Shown piece by piece: positions 16,219 to 25,948 of a DNA stretch of 32,000 nucleotides (position 1 is the stretch's first letter; each line of letters starts with the position of its first letter). The position numbers were made by a program, and so were the translations under genes. The notes beneath the pieces are model-generated. The model was not told the DNA's origin and ran no database searches. It saw only the letters and a program-made list of their open reading frames with translations. The DNA lies in contig FP565575.1 in the NCBI GenBank assembly GCA_000091165.1, positions 1,260,001-1,292,000 of the forward strand, read 5' to 3'. This DNA comes from Candidatus Methylomirabilis oxygeniifera (GTDB lineage Bacteria; Methylomirabilota; Methylomirabilia; Methylomirabilales; Methylomirabilaceae).

Positions 16219-16419
16219 GGGATGAATGTTTCCCTTCCTGTTCAGGGTCAACTGTGTCTTATGCCCGATTGACGCTACTGTTCCAGAGGATTGTGACTGG
16301 CGACGATCATCAGCCCACCGTACGCCATAAGAATCGGAATAGCACACACCAGTATTGGGGCGGGAATGTGAGAGGTCGGCATCAGTAGACGGAGTCAGGT
16401 GATAGTGCGCAGATTGTGG

Positions 16420-16758
16420 TCATCGCGTAAGAGGATAGCCCTGCTTCAACCAAGCCTTGGTCCCCCCCTCGATGTTATACAACTGTGTCTTACCGATCGC
16501 CGCCGCCACTTCGCAGGCTACCGCGCTCCGGATCCCTTCGGCGCATACAAAGATAATGCCGTCCTGCTGAAGCAACTCCCGCGGCCGGTTCATCAGCGTT
16601 CCCAAAGGGATATGTATGGCCTCGGCGATATGCCCCTGGCTCCACTCGGCCGACTCGCGCACATCAACCACGACCATGCCCCCTGCTTCGATCAGCTTCT
16701 TGGCCGTCTCAACATTGATGCGTTCAAATGGATCGCGATATTCCTCTGTCGATGCCAT
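16420..16758 (-). CDS. Rhodanese-like domain protein
   Basis: VVVDVRESAEWSQGHIAEAIHIPLGTLMNR...IIFVCAEGIRSAVACEVAAAIG; active-site loop CAEGIRS. Confidence 0.9.
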   Translation of the reverse strand: MASTEEYRDPFERINVETAKKLIEAGGMVVVDVRESAEWSQGHIAEAIHIPLGTLMNRPRELLQQDGIIFVCAEGIRSAVACEVAAAIGKTQLYNIEGGTKAWLKQGYPLTR

Positions 16759-16885
16759 GCCTCCCCTCTCAAGGTCTGGTAATCTGTCGTCACATCATCC
16801 GCAACATCGAACACAACATTGGCAATGCGCGAACACACTCATCATAACGCATCGCTCTCCCTTGCTTCAAGGGCGATGTACGACC

Positions 16886-17956
16886 TCACTCCTCCAGGAA
16901 GTTGAGAACGCCCCGATAGAGCTGGAGGCGGTTCTTCTCCAGTATGGCGTAATGGGTCGAGTCCCCGATGTCCAGTCGCCGTTTGATTGGCGCCGACGTG
17001 AGTCTCTGGAGCAGCTCGTCCGCCGCTTCGTTGGTCATCAGCTCTTCGGCGCTCCCCCGAACAATCATCGTGGGCGCCTTGACCTTCGCGGGATCGAACA
17101 ACGATCGGCCCGCGTGGATTTCGTGCCAATCGATGTACGGGCCGTTGGGGATCTGAATCGATTCCGGACTGCGTTGTTTGGCTGTAGGATCGGAGCCCAA
17201 CAGCGCGCCGATCCACGCATCAATGACCTCTCTGTCTCGCCATTCATCTTGAAGCTCCGGCTTGATCCACCCATCCCACTGATCAAGCAACTCCTTCTGA
17301 CCCAGATAGCGATAGGCCCCCATTTCAAGGTACGGTCGGTCCGTGTTGGTCGGATCACCGAACGTACTGATAAAGGTAGAATTCTTCCCATAGATCGCCC
17401 CGTACATCACTAACTTACCCACCTTTTCCGGGTGCAGCGTCGCATAGAGGGCCGACCAGGAGGCGCCAATGGAGTATCCGATGATATTGACCTTGTCTAC
17501 CTTTCGCTTGGATCGGATATAATCAACGGCGACATCGATATCCCGCATCACCTGATCCGCCCGAACGAGGGGAAGGTTCTGATATGGGGATTCTTTCATC
17601 TCCGGCGGTCTTGTGGAACGTCCGAACCCCCTGATATCCAGGGTAAACGCGTCAAAGCCGCGTTCGGCCACATACTCCAACCACGAATACCCGGGAATGG
17701 CGAGATCAAACATCACTGAGCCGGGGCCTGGAACGCCGTGAACAAACAGAATCACATTCTCTTTCACAATCTTCGGTAAGTTTGCGAGTCGCTTCTCTCG
17801 AACGAATAATTTGACCCCCTGGTCCTTACCCTGTACCAGAAATTCCTCCTTAACAATGGCGTTCTCTTGTTCTGCTGCGGCCACGGCAGACGCGCTTATC
17901 GCGATAATAGCGACCGCCATCCGGCACACCAAGCCGACTCGCGACCAGTGATCCAT
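16886..17956 (-). CDS. Exported alpha/beta hydrolase
   Basis: Signal-like N-terminus; VILFVHGVPGPG; NIIGYSIGASWSALYA nucleophile elbow; GDSTHYAILEK. Confidence 0.88.
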   Translation of the reverse strand: MDHWSRVGLVCRMAVAIIAISASAVAAAEQENAIVKEEFLVQGKDQGVKLFVREKRLANLPKIVKENVILFVHGVPGPGSVMFDLAIPGYSWLEYVAERGFDAFTLDIRGFGRSTRPPEMKESPYQNLPLVRADQVMRDIDVAVDYIRSKRKVDKVNIIGYSIGASWSALYATLHPEKVGKLVMYGAIYGKNSTFISTFGDPTNTDRPYLEMGAYRYLGQKELLDQWDGWIKPELQDEWRDREVIDAWIGALLGSDPTAKQRSPESIQIPNGPYIDWHEIHAGRSLFDPAKVKAPTMIVRGSAEELMTNEAADELLQRLTSAPIKRRLDIGDSTHYAILEKNRLQLYRGVLNFLEE

Positions 17957-18152
17957 CCTGCGCTCCTTTCTCCGAGAATGATGTCGAAGCATCAAATCCT
18001 TCTGCTCCTGTATCAAAAACGCCTTAGTATAGGGCTACGAGAGGCGGAGGTGTCAACTCCTTTTCACGATGGAATCGGCGAACCGTCATATTACGATTAC
18101 GGTCGTCATTCACCGTTTGCCTCCGAGACCTGATTTTTCTATAATACGATCT

Positions 18153-19010
18153 ATGAATCAGGTGGATGACTTTCACGCCAACAGCCGCACGATCACCAAA
18201 CAGAGTCGATCGAATTTCTATTACGCATTCCTCTTCCTCCCCAAGCCAAAACGCGAGGCGCTCTATGCCGTATACGCCTTCTGTCGGTTAAGCGACGATC
18301 TGGTAGACGAGTCAAAAGCCGGAGTGAATCCGGCTGACGCCCTGACTCGGTGGCGAAAAACGCTGGACGTCTGCCTCGATGACGGCGTCGATTCCCCCGT
18401 CATGACGGCCGTTGGCCAAGCTGCGCGCCAATTTCATATCCCGAAGGTCTATTTTGAAGAACTGCTCAACGGCATGGAGATGGACCTCACGCGCGCCAGA
18501 TACGCGACATTCGAGGATCTCTACCCGTATTGCTACCGCGTCGCGTCGATCGTAGGCCTCATCTGCATCGAAATCTTCGGCTACACCAATCCGCTGACCA
18601 AGAGGTACGCCGAACAACTGGGCATCGCCTTTCAACTGACCAACATTCTTCGGGATGTGGGGGTTGATGCGCAACGAGGACGGATCTATCTTCCACAGGA
18701 TGAGCTGCAGCGATTTGGATATTCCGAAGAAGAGCTGCTGGCGGGGCGTTACAACTACGCCTTTACAGAGCTGATGCGGTTTCAATGCGAGCGCGCCAGA
18801 GGCTATTTTCGAACAGCCTCAGCCGCCTTGACGGCCGAGGACGAACGGTCGCTGCTGGCCGCCGAGATCATGCGGGCCATTTACTACCGCGTGCTGCTCA
18901 GGATCGAAGCGCAGCACTACGATGTCTTCCGCGGGGATATCACCATCGGCAAATCTCAAAAGCTGTTGTTGGCCGGAGGCCTCTGGCTGCGATCGGCACT
19001 GAGGTTATGA
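18153..19010 (+). CDS. hpnD: Presqualene diphosphate synthase HpnD / squalene-phytoene synthase family
   Basis: YAVYAFCRLSDDLVDES; YCYRVASIVGLICIEIFGY; QLTNILRDVGVDAQRGRIYLPQDEL. Confidence 0.93.
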   Translation: MNQVDDFHANSRTITKQSRSNFYYAFLFLPKPKREALYAVYAFCRLSDDLVDESKAGVNPADALTRWRKTLDVCLDDGVDSPVMTAVGQAARQFHIPKVYFEELLNGMEMDLTRARYATFEDLYPYCYRVASIVGLICIEIFGYTNPLTKRYAEQLGIAFQLTNILRDVGVDAQRGRIYLPQDELQRFGYSEEELLAGRYNYAFTELMRFQCERARGYFRTASAALTAEDERSLLAAEIMRAIYYRVLLRIEAQHYDVFRGDITIGKSQKLLLAGGLWLRSALRL

Positions 19011-19136
19011 CCATGACCCGTCTTCAGGCCATTCCTTCGAAAGCCCACTTGGCATTCGCCCTCTCCGAAAGGAGTTCCGTTGATTGAGTCGCCGAATTGA
19101 TTAATCCAATAGACCCAACAAACCCGATAGACTCGT

Positions 19137-19733
19137 TTAGCGCCCCTCGCCGTGGTGATCGACCCCAATGTGAGCCTTGATGAACTTGACGATGCGCACC
19201 TCGTCAAACTCATCAAACTTCTCGATCCTGCCCCAAGCCGTTAACGCGATCTTTCGATCCAAGCCGGTATACGGCGCGAGAATAATGTGATCGTAGCGTT
19301 CGGCAATCGCAGTGAGCTGTTTGACCAAGTCAGGACAATCCTGACAAGAGTATTGTATGACCACCCCACCATCTTCGAGATTATGCACCTGCATTTCCTT
19401 GGGGACAGGTTCAGTGTACGTACCCCATCGAGCCAACCCGGGGGTATGGGGCCCTGACGTCGGGGGGTCGCTGTTATACGGCGGATGCGGGGTGCCGAGT
19501 GGAAGGTGAGGGCTCGGCAGGATCGGCACCGTCGCCCAGGTATGCTCTTCCGTCATTTTGCCGTAACCCCAGTATCCGGCAACCAGCAGGATGGCTGCGA
19601 TCGCAGCATATAGCCCGATCTGCCCTGTGTGTGTCTGACGGCGGCTCGCCCTCTGCGTCTCGACTCGTTCTTCTCTCGCCTTCTGTTTTGCCTCTTTCTT
19701 GACCTGTGATTTTTCTCCCTGCGGTTTTGTCAT
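19137..19733 (-). CDS. DUF3105-family membrane-anchored protein
   Basis: One TM helix then HLPLGTPHPPYNSDPPTSGPHTPGLARWGTYTEPVPKEMQVHNLEDGGVVIQYSC. Confidence 0.8.
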   Translation of the reverse strand: MTKPQGEKSQVKKEAKQKAREERVETQRASRRQTHTGQIGLYAAIAAILLVAGYWGYGKMTEEHTWATVPILPSPHLPLGTPHPPYNSDPPTSGPHTPGLARWGTYTEPVPKEMQVHNLEDGGVVIQYSCQDCPDLVKQLTAIAERYDHIILAPYTGLDRKIALTAWGRIEKFDEFDEVRIVKFIKAHIGVDHHGEGR

Positions 19734-19751
19734 CGATCCCCCCGAGTATCC

Positions 19752-20669
19752 TTAACTTTTGGACTGGCCCTGAACGCCAGGTTGCGTTTTTCCCCTGCTC
19801 TTCCGACGGGCGCCGGTGCCCTTCGACTCAGTCGCCGGCGGCGTGTCAGGCGGGGCGATAATCGTAAGCAGCTCGCTCGCCGCCTCCTCGATCGATTTGC
19901 AGGTCATATCGATAACCGGCCAGCCCGCCTTCCGAAAGAGTGACCGGCTGTAAGAAAGCTCAGCGCGCACCTTCTCCAACTCTGCATAGGCTTCAGCCAC
20001 AGGCGCATGCTTACGCTCGATTCTGGCCCGTCGCAACTCCACCAGCCGGTCTACTGCAACGACAAGCCCGACAATCCGATCCTGGTCGATCGTCATCAAC
20101 CGACCTGGCAGCGGAAGATTGAGAATGATCGGGACGTTCGCCACCCGCCATCCCTTCCCCGCCAGGTAGATGCTTAACGGCGTCTTTGAGGTCCTCGAAA
20201 TGCCGACCAGGACAATGTCGGCGCGGTCAAGTCCGAGCGGGTGCTGGCCGTCGTCGTGCTTGACGGTGTATTCGATAGCCTCGATCCGGTGGAGGTACTC
20301 CTGCCCCAATTGTCGGAACAGACCGGGTTGCATGAGTGGGGCGACGCGCAGTTGATCGCTCAGGCGAAGCAGAAGCGGCCCGATCAGATCGATGGTCTCT
20401 ACACCACGCTCCCGTCCCTCACGCAACACAGTCTGCCGCAGCTCTTCCGACACCAGCGTGTGTACAATGATCGCCTTGCTCACGTGAGCCGCCTCAATCA
20501 CGCGTCGCACCTCATCCACCGTCCGGATGTTGGGCAGACGGCGGATCTCCACCTCTGCCGCTTGAAACTGGGCCAGCGCGGCTTGGACGACCAGTTCTGC
20601 GGTCGCGCCGGTCGCGTCTGAGATGGCAAGTATCTGATGGCGGCCTCCCGCTGTCGATAGGTTCATCAT
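19752..20669 (-). CDS. ppsR: Pyruvate, phosphate dikinase / PEP synthase regulatory protein (kinase/pyrophosphorylase, DUF299)
   Basis: AISDATGATAELVVQAALAQF; DIVLVGISRTSKTPLSIYLAGKGWRVANVPII. Confidence 0.93.
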   Translation of the reverse strand: MMNLSTAGGRHQILAISDATGATAELVVQAALAQFQAAEVEIRRLPNIRTVDEVRRVIEAAHVSKAIIVHTLVSEELRQTVLREGRERGVETIDLIGPLLLRLSDQLRVAPLMQPGLFRQLGQEYLHRIEAIEYTVKHDDGQHPLGLDRADIVLVGISRTSKTPLSIYLAGKGWRVANVPIILNLPLPGRLMTIDQDRIVGLVVAVDRLVELRRARIERKHAPVAEAYAELEKVRAELSYSRSLFRKAGWPVIDMTCKSIEEAASELLTIIAPPDTPPATESKGTGARRKSRGKTQPGVQGQSKS

Positions 20670-20679
20670 TGCTGTCCTG

Positions 20680-21150
20680 TCATTCCCGGTAGAGTTCGAG
20701 GAGGACCGCTACCTCGTCGCAATAATCCCATTTGATGCACCGACGGCAATCCTTCCATACCTTCTCCGGCAGTGTGAGCCTGTCAACGACGCGGAATCCC
20801 AGACGCTCAAAAAAACCCGGCTTATAGGTCAGGGCAAAGACTCTCCTGATCGGAAGCGTATTCGCTGCAGCGATGCAGGCCTCGGTGACTGCCCGGCCGA
20901 TACCTTTCCTCTCACACTCCGGCTGGACGGCCAGCGATCGAATCTCTGCGAGGTCCGTCCCATAGACAAAGAGAGAGCAGACCCCCGCGATCTGCCCGTC
21001 CTGCTCACAGACGTAAAAATCACCGATCCGACCATGCAGCTCCTGTGGCTCCAGCGGCAACAGATCGCCCTTGCCGGCGAACATATTCACCAGTCGCGCA
21101 ATGGCCGGAACGTCGGTCGTTTTCGCCTTCCTCACCATGCGCTGCCTCAT
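20680..21150 (-). CDS. GNAT N-acetyltransferase, short ArgA-like
   Basis: AEIRSLAVQPECERKGIGRAVTEACIAAANTLPIRRVFALTYKPGFFERLGFRVVDRLTLPEKVWKDCRRCIKWDYCDEVA. Confidence 0.85.
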   Translation of the reverse strand: MRQRMVRKAKTTDVPAIARLVNMFAGKGDLLPLEPQELHGRIGDFYVCEQDGQIAGVCSLFVYGTDLAEIRSLAVQPECERKGIGRAVTEACIAAANTLPIRRVFALTYKPGFFERLGFRVVDRLTLPEKVWKDCRRCIKWDYCDEVAVLLELYRE

Positions 21151-22262
21151 CTGTCTAAGTGCGACACACAGGCAGGGGCGCTACCCGCCGCTCTTGCTCT
21201 CCAGGATGAGGCTTTCAGCCCGGCCCCGTCGATGGTGAGCCGACCCGGCTCGCCGAGCCCACCCTCAAGCAATACCTCTATCGGCAGAAACTGCTGAATC
21301 GTCCACAGGTTTGTCAGCAGATGCCGGCTCACGCGCGCTGTCGTAAGAACCGAGCGACCGTTCGCAAGTGCCATGAATAGCGCAAGCTGATCTGCCAGAT
21401 GGCTCTCGGTCGCGGCGTCGTCGGCGAGAAAGTCGAGCAGGGCGTCAATTGCTTCATCGGCTACGCACTCGGCCGGTTTGCCGCGTTCGCCAAGCGCGCC
21501 GAAGCCGCCGCGAGTCTGTTCGAACTCAGCCCATACAAATACGATATCGCCCGGACAGTCGGCATCAAGCTCCGCAATCTCGATCTCGACGGTATAGCCG
21601 ACGTCGGCAAGTCGGCGCCGGATACGATCGGCCTGGCGCTCGGCGATGTTTCTGGAGAGTCCGGCTACGGCTGATACCCCCCGGATAGCCAGCAGCGCTC
21701 CGCGATTCGTCAGATCAATCGAGTTGAGCTGAGGCAGCGGCTGCACAGCAGCCCGCACCTGCCCACCCCCTTTCGGGTAGAAGCCGCCACGTTCCAGTTG
21801 CCAGTCGGCCTCCAGTCCCATTCTCTTCACCATCGGCAGGAATACCTGGGAGACGTACGGAGTCGGCGGACTCCATGGCACGTGCGTTCCACCCGCCAAA
21901 ATAAGAGTTGATGCTCTCTCCGCGAACATAAGCGGCCCCACGAGAGCCTGGAACACTAACGATACCGCTCCGGCCGTCCCGACATCGAATCGCCGTGATC
22001 CGCCGGTAATCGTCCCCGGGACAAAATAAAGACGGGAAGAACCGAGTTCCGCCCCGTACACCTCGGCGCCCGTAATCTCGGCGAGCGCCTTGACGCAGGA
22101 GAGGTGCTGCGGTTGTAGACCGGATCTCTTTCGGCCTGCCCGAATCTTTGTAAGCTCAACGGGCCGACCAAGGACCGCAGACAGGGCCAGGGCCGTCCTG
22201 AGAATCTGCCCGCCTCCCTCCCCGTATGATCCGTCTATCGTGAGAATAGAGGTCTCTTCCAC
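21147..22262 (-). CDS. rtcA: RNA 3'-terminal phosphate cyclase
   Basis: IDGSYGEGGGQILRTALALSAVLGRPVELTKIRAGRKRSGLQPQHLSCVKALAEIT; ATESHLADQLALFMALA. Confidence 0.96.
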   Translation of the reverse strand: MEETSILTIDGSYGEGGGQILRTALALSAVLGRPVELTKIRAGRKRSGLQPQHLSCVKALAEITGAEVYGAELGSSRLYFVPGTITGGSRRFDVGTAGAVSLVFQALVGPLMFAERASTLILAGGTHVPWSPPTPYVSQVFLPMVKRMGLEADWQLERGGFYPKGGGQVRAAVQPLPQLNSIDLTNRGALLAIRGVSAVAGLSRNIAERQADRIRRRLADVGYTVEIEIAELDADCPGDIVFVWAEFEQTRGGFGALGERGKPAECVADEAIDALLDFLADDAATESHLADQLALFMALANGRSVLTTARVSRHLLTNLWTIQQFLPIEVLLEGGLGEPGRLTIDGAGLKASSWRARAAGSAPACVSHLDR

Positions 22263-22301
22263 GCCCCACCCTACTCATCAGCGCCCAGAGCATCTCACTC
22301 C

Positions 22302-22469
22302 GCGTCATTGCGAGACTCAGAGCAAAGCGAAGAGGATGAAGCAATCTGACCCGGAGGGTCATTCCGAGAGAACCGAAGGAATCTCAACTGAAGAGATTGC
22401 TTCGCCTCCGGCTCGCAACGACACTGGGTGTCGGACTGCCACGCTCCTGTTGGTCGCTCGCAATGACAG
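22302..22469. repeat. Compound intergenic repeat of GTCATTGCGAG / GAAGCAATCT units
   Basis: cgtcattgcgag...gaagcaatctg...gtcattccgagag...gaaggaatctc...gagattgcttcg...ctcgcaacgacac...ctcgcaatgacag. Confidence 0.75.
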
Positions 22470-22595
22470 GACTAATGGTTTCGCTTGCAGGGCCCAAGAG
22501 AGACTTTCATGCCTATGGGCGAACCAAAAGTTTACGAGGTATTGCGAGCGCACCTTACGCCCGGAACGGTATTATTTGTCCACCGATGGAAACTG

Positions 22596-23030
22596 TCAAG
22601 CGAACTCTGAGGGGCGATCCGCCGAGTCGCCCCTACTCGCTCCTCCCACCTTTTTCTCAGCCTTCTCGTGGAAGCGCGTAAGATCGACGATGACCCGCTC
22701 ATGCCGGCACTCGGCAATCTTCTCCACCTCGTCGAACGCCTCAATCCGAAACGTGAGACGCCGTCCATCAATGTGCGTCAGTTTCGCCACGACCTTCACC
22801 ATGAGCCCAATCGGGGTCGGCGCCAGGTGCGTCATCTTCACGACGCTCCCGACGGTGCCCTGCCCCTCTGAGAGATGCGGCTGTACACCGGCCGTCGCCA
22901 CCTCCTCCATCCACTCGACCACAACCGGCGTGGTGAGCACATGAACGAACGGGTTGCCATGCCGGTCGGCCGCCTCGGTCCCGGTCACCCGCCAGGCGTT
23001 CCCAAACGTCATCCCCTCATACAGGCTCAT
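22596..23030 (-). CDS. Acyl-CoA thioesterase (hotdog fold, YciA-like)
   Basis: MSLYEGMTFGNAWRVTGTEAADRHGNPFVHVLTTPVVVEWMEEVATAGVQPHLSEGQGTVGSVVKMTHLAPTPIG. Confidence 0.75.
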   Translation of the reverse strand: MSLYEGMTFGNAWRVTGTEAADRHGNPFVHVLTTPVVVEWMEEVATAGVQPHLSEGQGTVGSVVKMTHLAPTPIGLMVKVVAKLTHIDGRRLTFRIEAFDEVEKIAECRHERVIVDLTRFHEKAEKKVGGASRGDSADRPSEFA

Positions 23031-23086
23031 CGCTCCTCCTATCCACGGGATACTGAACCGGTTTCGTCTCTGTGTGGAATAATGCT

Positions 23087-23114
23087 TGACAGGGGCAGGG
23101 AGAGTGACTAGATT
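23087..23114 (+). promoter_or_regulatory. Possible sigma70-type promoter upstream of the APC transporter
   Basis: TTGACA - 16 nt - TAGATT; 5' of the + strand permease/TrkA cluster. Confidence 0.35.
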
Positions 23115-23292
23115 GAGCCGGTTTTGCCGAACCCTATGCCCTCTGCGAGTTCTATGCTATCACACACACGGGCAGTTGAGAGCGGGGCTCTTCATTACTC
23201 CTACTAACTTGACGGAATATGCCGATCGGGATAGCATTCGCACAGCGGCGTCTTGGCCCAGGTGACCAACCGCCCTCGCTGCGCCTACACTT

Positions 23293-25254
23293 GTGACCGT
23301 AAGGCATTCAATGACTAGCCTCGAAGAAGAAAAAAGTGGAACTACCGTCCTACGGCGAACCGCCGAATACCAACCGCCTCGCTCGTGGCGAACCTGGCTG
23401 ATCGGACGCCCGCTCCGGACTGCCGATGCCCCCGATCAGGCTATTGGTAAGACCATCGGCCTGGCCGTCTTCGCCTCTGACGCGCTCTCCTCCACCGCGT
23501 ACGCCACCGACGAGATTCTGTTCGTCCTGGCCGCTGTCGGAATCGCAGCATTCGCCTATGCCCTTCCGATCTCGTTGGCCATCGTGGCGCTGCTGGCCAT
23601 TGTCACGCTCTCGTATTTGCAGACGATCCACGCCTATCCGGGCGGAGGCGGCGCCTATATTGTGGCTCGTAACAACCTGGGAGAATTTCCCGCTCAGATA
23701 GCCGGCGCCTCGCTGCTGACCGACTATATCCTCACCGTGGCCGTATCCGTTGCGTCGGGGGTGGCTCAACTGACATCAGCATATCCGTCCCTTTTTCCCT
23801 ACCGGGTGGCATTGGCCATCGGGATGATACTGATCATGATGGTCGTCAACCTGCGCGGTGTGAAAGAATCCGGCGCGATCCTCGCCATTCCCAGCTATTT
23901 CTTTCTGGGTATGATGCTCCTGACCGTCGGCAGCGGCCTGAGTCAGTACCTGATGGGGGACCTCCATACGGTAGTGAACCCGCCGCCGGGCAAGGAACAT
24001 GCCGCACAATCGCTCTCACTCTTCCTGATTCTCCACGCCTTCTCCAATGGTACGACAGCCCTCACCGGAGTGGAGGCCATCTCGAACGGCGTCCCTGCGT
24101 TTAAGGAGCCGCGCAGCCGCAATGCAGGCATTACGCTGATCTGGATGTCCGCCATTCTGGGCGTACTGTTCCTAGGCATAACCTTTCTGGCCGGCACGAT
24201 GGGCGCGATACCTTCTGAGACAGAAACGGTGGTCTCGCAACTGGCGCGCACGGCCTATGAGGGTCGGGGTCTGCTGTACCTGGCTGTCATCGCCGCTACG
24301 ACCCTAATCCTGATCATGGCGGCCAATACGGCTTATGCCGGTTTTCCGCGATTGAGCGCCCTGCTGGCGGCGGATGGCTTTTTGCCCCGGCCGCTCACGT
24401 ACCGCGGAAGCCGCCTGGTCTACTCGCGCGGCATTGTAGCGCTGGCCCTTATCGCCTCACTCCTGATCTGGCTGTTTCAGGCCAGCGTCAACGCGCTGAT
24501 CCCGCTTTATGCCATTGGTGTCTTCCTCTCGTTTACGCTCGCCCAGGCCGGCATGGCGCACCGCTGGTGGAAGGCCGGACATCTGGCGCCAGGACAGGAA
24601 GCCCAGGAGCATGGCTCAATCGTTCGCCACGAACCCAGATGGGCGATCAAGATGGCGATCAACGGCTTCGGTGCGTTCTGTACGGCTGGGGTCATGCTGA
24701 TCTTCACCGTCACGAAGTTTGCCGATGGGGCGTGGATCGTGATCGTGCTGGTGCCGATTCTCGTGGCCGTATTCACTGCCATCCATTACCATTACCGGGA
24801 TCTGGCCGCCCACCTTTCATTGGAGCAGTACGGTGGACCGCCTCGAATTTCGCGTCAGCGTGTGATCCTGGCGGTCAGTGGCGTCCATCGCGGCACGCTG
24901 GCGGCACTCCGCTATGCCCGTACGCTATCCGATGACATCACGGCCGTGCATATCTGCATCGACCCCGTCGAGGCCCAGACGCTGAACCGCAAATGGGAAT
25001 CGTGGGGCGATGGAGTTCGCCTGGTCGTGCTTGATTCCCCCTACCGGTTGCTCCTGGAACCGTTATTGGGATATATTGAAGAAATTGCCGCGCAGCGTCA
25101 GCCGAACGAGATCATTACCATCATCGTCCCGCAGTTTGTCCCTCGCCACTGGTGGCATAACCTCCTACACACCCAGACGGCGATGCTGCTGCGAGTCATG
25201 CTGCTGTTCAAGCCGGGAATTGTGATTACTGACGTACCGTATCAGATCGAGTAG
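23293..25254 (+). CDS. APC-superfamily permease, KimA-like (candidate potassium importer)
   Basis: LIGRPLRTADAPDQAIGKTIGLAVFASDALSSTAYATDEILFVLAAVG; ~12 TM plus a soluble C-terminal domain; followed by two RCK/TrkA genes. Confidence 0.85.
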   Translation: MTVRHSMTSLEEEKSGTTVLRRTAEYQPPRSWRTWLIGRPLRTADAPDQAIGKTIGLAVFASDALSSTAYATDEILFVLAAVGIAAFAYALPISLAIVALLAIVTLSYLQTIHAYPGGGGAYIVARNNLGEFPAQIAGASLLTDYILTVAVSVASGVAQLTSAYPSLFPYRVALAIGMILIMMVVNLRGVKESGAILAIPSYFFLGMMLLTVGSGLSQYLMGDLHTVVNPPPGKEHAAQSLSLFLILHAFSNGTTALTGVEAISNGVPAFKEPRSRNAGITLIWMSAILGVLFLGITFLAGTMGAIPSETETVVSQLARTAYEGRGLLYLAVIAATTLILIMAANTAYAGFPRLSALLAADGFLPRPLTYRGSRLVYSRGIVALALIASLLIWLFQASVNALIPLYAIGVFLSFTLAQAGMAHRWWKAGHLAPGQEAQEHGSIVRHEPRWAIKMAINGFGAFCTAGVMLIFTVTKFADGAWIVIVLVPILVAVFTAIHYHYRDLAAHLSLEQYGGPPRISRQRVILAVSGVHRGTLAALRYARTLSDDITAVHICIDPVEAQTLNRKWESWGDGVRLVVLDSPYRLLLEPLLGYIEEIAAQRQPNEIITIIVPQFVPRHWWHNLLHTQTAMLLRVMLLFKPGIVITDVPYQIE

Positions 25255-25287
25255 TGACGCCAGGGCATCGGAGGAACAGAGTACGCT

Positions 25288-25947
25288 ATGAATATCATTA
25301 TTGTGGGATGTGGGCGAGTAGGCGCGGAGCTGGCTTATCGACTGTTCCAAAAGGCGCATCAGGTCACGGTGATCGACCAGGTAGCCGCCGCCTTTCATAA
25401 CCTGTCCACAGACTTCCGCGGGCGCACAGTGGAAGGCGAGGCGCTGGCCAGCGACATACTGTGCCGAGCCGGCATCGAGAAGGTTGATGGCCTGGCCGCC
25501 GTAACCAATTCCGACTCACTGAACGTCGTGGTCGCCCACGTAGCAAAGACCGTCTACCACGTACCTCAGGTCGTCGTCCGCAACTATCATCCACGCTGGC
25601 GACCTCTGCACGAGGCCTTTGGCCTGCAGGTCGTCAGCTCGACCAGTTGGGGCGCCCAGCGCATCGAGGAGCTGCTCTACCCCGCCTTCGCTAAATGCGT
25701 GTTTTCGGCCGGCAATGGCGAGGTCGAGATCTATGAACTCTCGGTGTCTGAGGCCTGGCACGGCCGTACCCTCCAGGATTTCCTCCACACAGGCCCGTGT
25801 CTGGCTGTGGCGCTGACACGGGCAGGCAAGGCCATCCTCCCCTCCTCCGAGGAACGTTTGGAGGTGGGTGATATTCTGTATCTGAGTTCCACCATGGAGG
25901 GCATCGAAACGTTACGTGAGCGGCTGAAGGCGCCACAAGGGAGGTGA
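25288..25947 (+). CDS. TrkA/RCK-N family NAD-binding potassium-transport regulator
   Basis: MNIIIVGCGRVGAELAYRLFQKAHQVTVIDQ; LAAVTNSDSLNVVVAHVAK; C-terminal TrkA_C-like region. Confidence 0.92.
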   Translation: MNIIIVGCGRVGAELAYRLFQKAHQVTVIDQVAAAFHNLSTDFRGRTVEGEALASDILCRAGIEKVDGLAAVTNSDSLNVVVAHVAKTVYHVPQVVVRNYHPRWRPLHEAFGLQVVSSTSWGAQRIEELLYPAFAKCVFSAGNGEVEIYELSVSEAWHGRTLQDFLHTGPCLAVALTRAGKAILPSSEERLEVGDILYLSSTMEGIETLRERLKAPQGR

Positions 25948-25948
25948 C

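Noticed and set aside
16219-16347. 43-residue N-terminal extension of the argS ORF
   Set aside because: MIGALKTRLTEALL at 16218 is the usual ArgS start; the upstream part is not conserved-looking.
16616-17413. 265-aa + strand ORF
   Set aside because: Antisense to the rhodanese and alpha/beta hydrolase genes; no recognisable motif.
22593-22615. GGGGCGA...TCGCCCC hairpin as a terminator
   Set aside because: Overlaps the thioesterase stop region and has no following U-tract in the transcript direction.
22518-22619. 33-codon + strand ORF (MPMGEPKVYEVLRAHLTPGTVLFVHRWKLSSEL)
   Set aside because: Too short to support without comparative data and adjacent to repeat-derived sequence.
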